The translations under genes were made by a program, and so were the position numbers. The notes under the pieces are model-generated. The model was not told where the DNA came from. It did not search any database and was given only the letters and a program-made list of their open reading frames with translations. A stretch of 64,000 bases of DNA from Phycisphaerae bacterium (GTDB lineage: Bacteria > Planctomycetota > Phycisphaerae > UBA1845 > Fen-1342): assembly GCA_050115495.1 (NCBI GenBank), contig JASFQK010000001.1, forward strand, positions 96,001-160,000. The letters run 5' to 3'. Below, piece by piece: positions 59,272-64,000 of this stretch. How positions within the stretch are numbered: position 1 is the stretch's first letter; each line of letters starts with the position of its first letter.

Positions 59272-62064
59272 ATGAGCGCGCAGGCAGATCTGCCCAACTC
59301 GACCAACCTCGCTTTTGTCGAGCAGCTTTACGCGGAATACGTGCGTGATCCGGCGGCGGTAGAGCCCCGCTGGCGGGCGTATTTCGACAGTCTCGGTGAC
59401 GGCGTCGATGGACGGCCGCCCCGGCTGGGGCCCTCGTTCCAGCCGAGCAGCCTGTTCAATCCGCCGGGGGGCCGGGCAGACGCGGCGGTGGTGGTGCCGC
59501 TCGGGCCGAAGGTGCTCCAGGACCGTGTCGACCAGTTGGTGCGGGCGTACCGGGTGCGTGGGCACAAGGCGGCCCTGCTGGACCCGCTGGCCCGGCCGCG
59601 ACCCCACCGGCCCGAGCTCGAGCCGGGATTCTACGGCTTCTCCGAGGCCGACCTGGGCCGGCCGTTTTCGAGCCGTACGATCTCGGGGGCGGGCGTGCGG
59701 ACGCTGGGGGAGATCCTCGCCTTGCTTCAGGCCACGTACTGCGGGGCGATCGGCGTGCAGTTCATGCACATCGACGACTATGTCTCGCGGCACTGGTTGC
59801 AGGAGCGGATGGAGGCCACGCAGAACCGCCTCAGCCTGACCCGCGAAGAGCAGCTTCGCATCCTCACCCGCCTGACCGACGCGGTCATGTTTGAGGAGTT
59901 CATTCAGAAGAAGTACATCGGGGCCAAGCGCTTCTCGCTCGAAGGCGGAGAGAGCCTCATCCCGCTGCTGGACCTGGCCATCGGGCGGGCCTGCGAGCAG
60001 GGGATCGAAGAGATCGTGCTCGGCATGGCCCACCGTGGTCGGCTGAACGTCCTGGCCAACATCCTCGGCAAGAGCCCGCGGCTGATCTTCCGTGAGTTCG
60101 AGGACCGCGACCCGCGTTTGCACACGGGCAAGGGCGACGTGAAGTACCACCTCGGCTACCACGGCGACTGGACCACGCCGTGCGGGCGGAAGATGCACCT
60201 GGCCCTGGCGTTCAACCCAAGCCACCTCGAGTTCGTGAACCCGGTCGTGCTGGGCCGCTGCCGGGCGAAGCAGGATCGGCTGGGCGATCCGCAACGGTGC
60301 ATGTCGTTGCTGATCCACGGTGATGCGGCATTCGCCGGCGAGGGCGTCGTTCAGGAGACGTTGAACCTGAGCGAACTGGGTGCCTACCGCGTGGGCGGCA
60401 CACTGCACGTTGTCGTGAATAACCAGATCGGCTTCACGACCGACCCCTCCCAGGGCCGGTCGAGCACCTACGCCACCGATGTGGCCAAGATGCTGCAAAG
60501 CCCCATCGTGCACGTCAACGGTGAGGACCCGGTGGCGGTGGCGACGGCGGTGCGGCTGGCCATGGACTTTCGGCAGGAGTTCCACCGCGACGTGGTCGTG
60601 GACATGTACTGCTATCGCCGGCACGGGCACAACGAGGGCGACGAGCCGGCGTTCACGCAGCCGGCCCTCTATCGAGCCATCGAGCAGCGCAAGTCGGTCC
60701 GCGACGGCTACCTGGACAACCTGCTCAAGCTGGGCGAGGTGAGCCAGCAGGAGGCGGACGAAATCGCGGCCCATCGGCGGGCACTGCTGGAAGAAGAGTT
60801 ATCGGGCGCTAAGCGATCGTCGCCGGAGCCGACGGCCCGACCGAGCATGCTGGGCGAGGTCTGGAGCGCGTTTCGGGGCGGGTCGGACGCCGAAGTGCCC
60901 GACGTGGATACGGCGGTGCCGGCTGAGCGGCTGGTTGAGCTGATCGGTCGGATGACGCGCGTCCCGGACGGGTTCCGACTGCTGACGAAGGCGCAGCGCC
61001 TGCTGGGTCTGCGGCAGAGCATGGCGCGTGGCGAGCATCCGGTTGACTGGGCCGTGGCCGAACTGCTGGTCCTGTCCAGCCTGGCGACGGAGGGGACGCG
61101 CGTGCGGCTCACCGGGCAGGACAGCGAGCGGGGCACGTTCAGCCACCGGCACGCGGTCTGGCACGATTTCGAGACCGGTGAGGCGCGTTACCCGCTCCAG
61201 CATATCGAGTCCGGGCAGGCCCCGGTCGAGATCCACAACAGCCCGCTGTCGGAGGTGGCGGTGCTCGGCTTCGAGCACGGCTACAGCATCGGCTATCCCG
61301 ATGCGCTCGTGATGTGGGAGGCGCAGTTCGGCGACTTCAACAACGTGGCCCAGGTCATCATCGACCAGTTCATCGTCAGCGCCGAGGACAAGTGGCACAG
61401 CCTGAGCGGGCTCGTGCTGCTATTGCCGCACGGGTTCGAGGGGCAGGGGCCCGAGCATTCGAGCGCTCGGCCCGAACGCTTCCTGATGATGGCGGCCGAC
61501 GACAACATCCAGGTGGCGATGCCGTCGACGCCGGCGCAGTACTTCCATCTGCTTCGGCGGCAGGTGCGGCGTCCGTGGCGCAAGCCGCTGATCGTGATGA
61601 CGCCGAAGAGCCTGCTGCGGCACGCCCGTTGCGTGTCGAGCCTGGCGGAGTTGGCGACGGGGCGGTTCCAGCGAATCCTGCCGGATGACCTGGCGCGGAA
61701 GGATCCGCCGAAGCGCGTGCTGCTGTGCAGCGGCAAGATCTACTACGAGCTGCACCAGGAGCGGGCGGACCGCGGGCGCGACGATGTGGCCATCGTGCGG
61801 GTTGAGCAGTTGTACCCGCTGGCGAGTGAGGCGCTGGCGGCGGCGCTGGCCGACTGCCCCGACGGCACCGAGGTCTGGTGGGTGCAGGAAGAGCCAGAGA
61901 ACATGGGCGCCTGGCGTCACATCTACTACACATATGCGGAGACGGCGCTGAAGCGGTTCGCCCTGGGGCGCGTGTGCCGGCCGGCATCGGCCAGCCCGGC
62001 GACCGGATCGAGCGCGCGGCACAAGCAGGAGCAGCAGGAGCTGCTGGCGCGGGCGCTGAGCTAG
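59272..62064 (+). CDS. sucA: 2-oxoglutarate dehydrogenase E1
   Basis: KRFSLEG, GMAHRGRLN, HGDAAFAGEG, WEAQFGDF, GQGPEHSSAR. Confidence 0.97.
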   Translation: MSAQADLPNSTNLAFVEQLYAEYVRDPAAVEPRWRAYFDSLGDGVDGRPPRLGPSFQPSSLFNPPGGRADAAVVVPLGPKVLQDRVDQLVRAYRVRGHKAALLDPLARPRPHRPELEPGFYGFSEADLGRPFSSRTISGAGVRTLGEILALLQATYCGAIGVQFMHIDDYVSRHWLQERMEATQNRLSLTREEQLRILTRLTDAVMFEEFIQKKYIGAKRFSLEGGESLIPLLDLAIGRACEQGIEEIVLGMAHRGRLNVLANILGKSPRLIFREFEDRDPRLHTGKGDVKYHLGYHGDWTTPCGRKMHLALAFNPSHLEFVNPVVLGRCRAKQDRLGDPQRCMSLLIHGDAAFAGEGVVQETLNLSELGAYRVGGTLHVVVNNQIGFTTDPSQGRSSTYATDVAKMLQSPIVHVNGEDPVAVATAVRLAMDFRQEFHRDVVVDMYCYRRHGHNEGDEPAFTQPALYRAIEQRKSVRDGYLDNLLKLGEVSQQEADEIAAHRRALLEEELSGAKRSSPEPTARPSMLGEVWSAFRGGSDAEVPDVDTAVPAERLVELIGRMTRVPDGFRLLTKAQRLLGLRQSMARGEHPVDWAVAELLVLSSLATEGTRVRLTGQDSERGTFSHRHAVWHDFETGEARYPLQHIESGQAPVEIHNSPLSEVAVLGFEHGYSIGYPDALVMWEAQFGDFNNVAQVIIDQFIVSAEDKWHSLSGLVLLLPHGFEGQGPEHSSARPERFLMMAADDNIQVAMPSTPAQYFHLLRRQVRRPWRKPLIVMTPKSLLRHARCVSSLAELATGRFQRILPDDLARKDPPKRVLLCSGKIYYELHQERADRGRDDVAIVRVEQLYPLASEALAAALADCPDGTEVWWVQEEPENMGAWRHIYYTYAETALKRFALGRVCRPASASPATGSSARHKQEQQELLARALS

Positions 62065-62122
62065 CGGTGGCGAGGTCGGCGGCGCGGCCGGCCGAACGAC
62101 GTAGCTGAACCAACACGGGAAC

Positions 62123-63358
62123 ATGCCGATGGCTGTCGAGCTGAAGATTCCGCAGGCGGGCGAGTCGATCACGCAGGTGCAGATCGGCGGTTGGCTGAAG
62201 GCCGAGGGCGATTACGTCCACGTGGACGAGCCCGTGGCGGAGATCGAGACCGACAAGGCCTCGATGGAACTGCCGGCACCGGCGAGCGGGCGGATCACCA
62301 AGCTACTGAAACAGGTGGGCGAGGTCGTGCCCGTCGGCGCGGTCATCTGCCTAATCGACGAGACGGCAAAACCTCCGGCCGGTGGCGACGGAGCGCAAGC
62401 TGCGGCGAAGCCCGCGGCGGCCCCTGCGGCTGCTCCGGCTCCCGCCGGCGGCGAAGCGCGGGTCATGCCCGCAGCGCGGCGGGCGCTCGCCGAAGAGGGA
62501 CTCACGCCCGAGCAGGTGAAGGCGACCGGTCCGGGCGGCCGACTGCTCAAGGAGGATGTGCAGCGTGAGGTTGAGTCGCGACGGCAGAGTGCGCCGGCGT
62601 CAGCACCGGGCGCCCCCGCTGGCGGCGCACCGCGTCAGGAAGAGGCCGTGCCCATGACCATGCTCCGCCGGCGGATCGCCGAGCGGCTGGTCGCTTCGCA
62701 GCAGAACGCAGCCCTGCTAACCACGTTCAACGAAATCGACATGTCGGCGATCATGACCCTGCGCAAGCAGCGGAACGAGGCCTTCGAGCGGAAGTACAAG
62801 ATCAAGCTCGGCTTCATGTCGTTCTTCGTGAAGGCGGCGATCGACGCGTTGAAGCAGTTCCCCGCGGTCAACGCCGAGATCCGCAACCTGCCCGGCTCGG
62901 ACGGACAACCGCAGCCGCACGTCGTGTACAGGAACTACTACGACATCGGCGTCGCGGTGAGCACAGAGCAGGGGCTGATCGTTCCCGTGATGCGCAGTGC
63001 CGAGCGGCTGAGCTTCGCCGAGGTCGAGCAGGTGATCGCCGACCTGGCCCAACGGGCCCGCGAGCGGAAGATCACGGTGGATGAGTTGCAGGGTGGGACG
63101 TTCACGATCAGCAACGGCGGTGTGTTCGGCTCGCTGCTGTCGACGCCGATCGTGAACCCGCCGCAGAGTGCGATCCTCGGGCTGCACGCGATACAGGAGC
63201 GGCCGGTGGCGCGGGACGGTCAGGTGGTGATCCGGCCGATGATGTACGTGGCACTGTCGTACGATCACCGTATCATCGACGGGCGCGAGTCGGTGAGCTT
63301 CCTCAAGCGGATCAAGGAATGTGTGGAGGACCCGACGCGGATGCTGGTCGAGGTGTGA
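62123..63358 (+). CDS. sucB: Dihydrolipoamide succinyltransferase E2
   Basis: Lipoyl [35 protein letters not shown]. Confidence 0.96.
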   Translation: MPMAVELKIPQAGESITQVQIGGWLKAEGDYVHVDEPVAEIETDKASMELPAPASGRITKLLKQVGEVVPVGAVICLIDETAKPPAGGDGAQAAAKPAAAPAAAPAPAGGEARVMPAARRALAEEGLTPEQVKATGPGGRLLKEDVQREVESRRQSAPASAPGAPAGGAPRQEEAVPMTMLRRRIAERLVASQQNAALLTTFNEIDMSAIMTLRKQRNEAFERKYKIKLGFMSFFVKAAIDALKQFPAVNAEIRNLPGSDGQPQPHVVYRNYYDIGVAVSTEQGLIVPVMRSAERLSFAEVEQVIADLAQRARERKITVDELQGGTFTISNGGVFGSLLSTPIVNPPQSAILGLHAIQERPVARDGQVVIRPMMYVALSYDHRIIDGRESVSFLKRIKECVEDPTRMLVEV

Positions 63359-63388
63359 TCGGCGGCGCGGAGCGGTGGAGACGACGTA

Positions 63389-64000
63389 GTGAAAGAGCAT
63401 GATCTGGTGGTGATCGGGGCGGGGCCGGGCGGGTATGTGGCGGCGATTCGGGCGGCGCAGCTCGGGCTGAACGTGGCCTGCGTCGAACGCGAGAAAGCGC
63501 TCGGCGGCACGTGCCTGCGCGTGGGCTGTATTCCGAGCAAGGCGCTGCTCGAATCGAGCGGGCGCTTCGTAGCGGCGCGCGACGTCTTGGCGGAGCACGG
63601 CGTGCAGGTCGGCGAAGTTGGCCTTGATCTGAAGGCGATGCTCAAACGCAAAGACCGCATCGTCAGCACGCTCACCAAGGGCATCGACTCCCTATTCAAG
63701 AAGAACAAGATCGCGCGCTATCTCGGGAACGGGCGACTCGCTGGCGATGGACGGGTCGTCGTCGAGGGTGGCGACGCCAGCGAAGAGCTGCACGCCAAGC
63801 ACATTCTCATTGCGACGGGAAGCAAGTCGGCACCGCTCGCCGGCGTTGAGGTTGACGGCGAGCACATCGTCACGAGCACCGAGGCGCTGGCGTTCACGGA
63901 CGTGCCGAAGCGGCTCGTCGTCATCGGGGCGGGGGCGATCGGGCTCGAGCTGGGGCAGGTTTGGCAACGGCTCGGTTCGCAGGTGACGCTGCTCGAATAC
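63389..64000 (+). CDS. lpdA: Dihydrolipoamide dehydrogenase E3; runs off the window end
   Basis: Manual translation from GTG 63389: KEHDLVVIGAGPGGYVAAIRAAQLG...GGTCLRVGCIPSK. Confidence 0.95.
   Translation, partial: MKEHDLVVIGAGPGGYVAAIRAAQLGLNVACVEREKALGGTCLRVGCIPSKALLESSGRFVAARDVLAEHGVQVGEVGLDLKAMLKRKDRIVSTLTKGIDSLFKKNKIARYLGNGRLAGDGRVVVEGGDASEELHAKHILIATGSKSAPLAGVEVDGEHIVTSTEALAFTDVPKRLVVIGAGAIGLELGQVWQRLGSQVTLLEY

Overview
GC-rich bacterial chromosome segment, most likely a planctomycete (Phycisphaerae-like). The inference rests on two DUF1559/H-X9-DG prepilin-like genes, a planctomycete-style sigma-70 and UVR-motif protein, and futalosine-pathway mqnE. The window spans the replication-origin region: truD-dnaA-(oriC-like spacer)-dnaN-dciA-gyrB, then parB with a perfect parS, and a visible C-rich to G-rich strand-skew switch at ~46-48 kb, ~11-13 kb from the dnaA-dnaN spacer. 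Housekeeping genes include aroDE, cobB, mqnE, xerD, nrnA, asd, nadD, pntAB, HU and sucAB-lpdA. Accessory modules: flp pilin/cpaA; tandem LTxxQ-type secreted paralogs; an RloA/RloB (AbiL-like) defence pair; two DUF1559 paralogs around a YfhO-type glycosyltransferase; a stand-alone T6SS sheath-tube cassette (tssB-tssC-hcp-small ORF) with a sigma54/IHF-like promoter; and a tripartite toxin-antitoxin-SecB chaperone (TAC-like) operon with its own operator. Several REP-like repeat families and a recurrent 25-bp TAA-N19-TTA (IHF-like) palindrome are also present. No rRNA, tRNA or CRISPR array was seen. All product calls come from motif recognition by eye; no database search was run.
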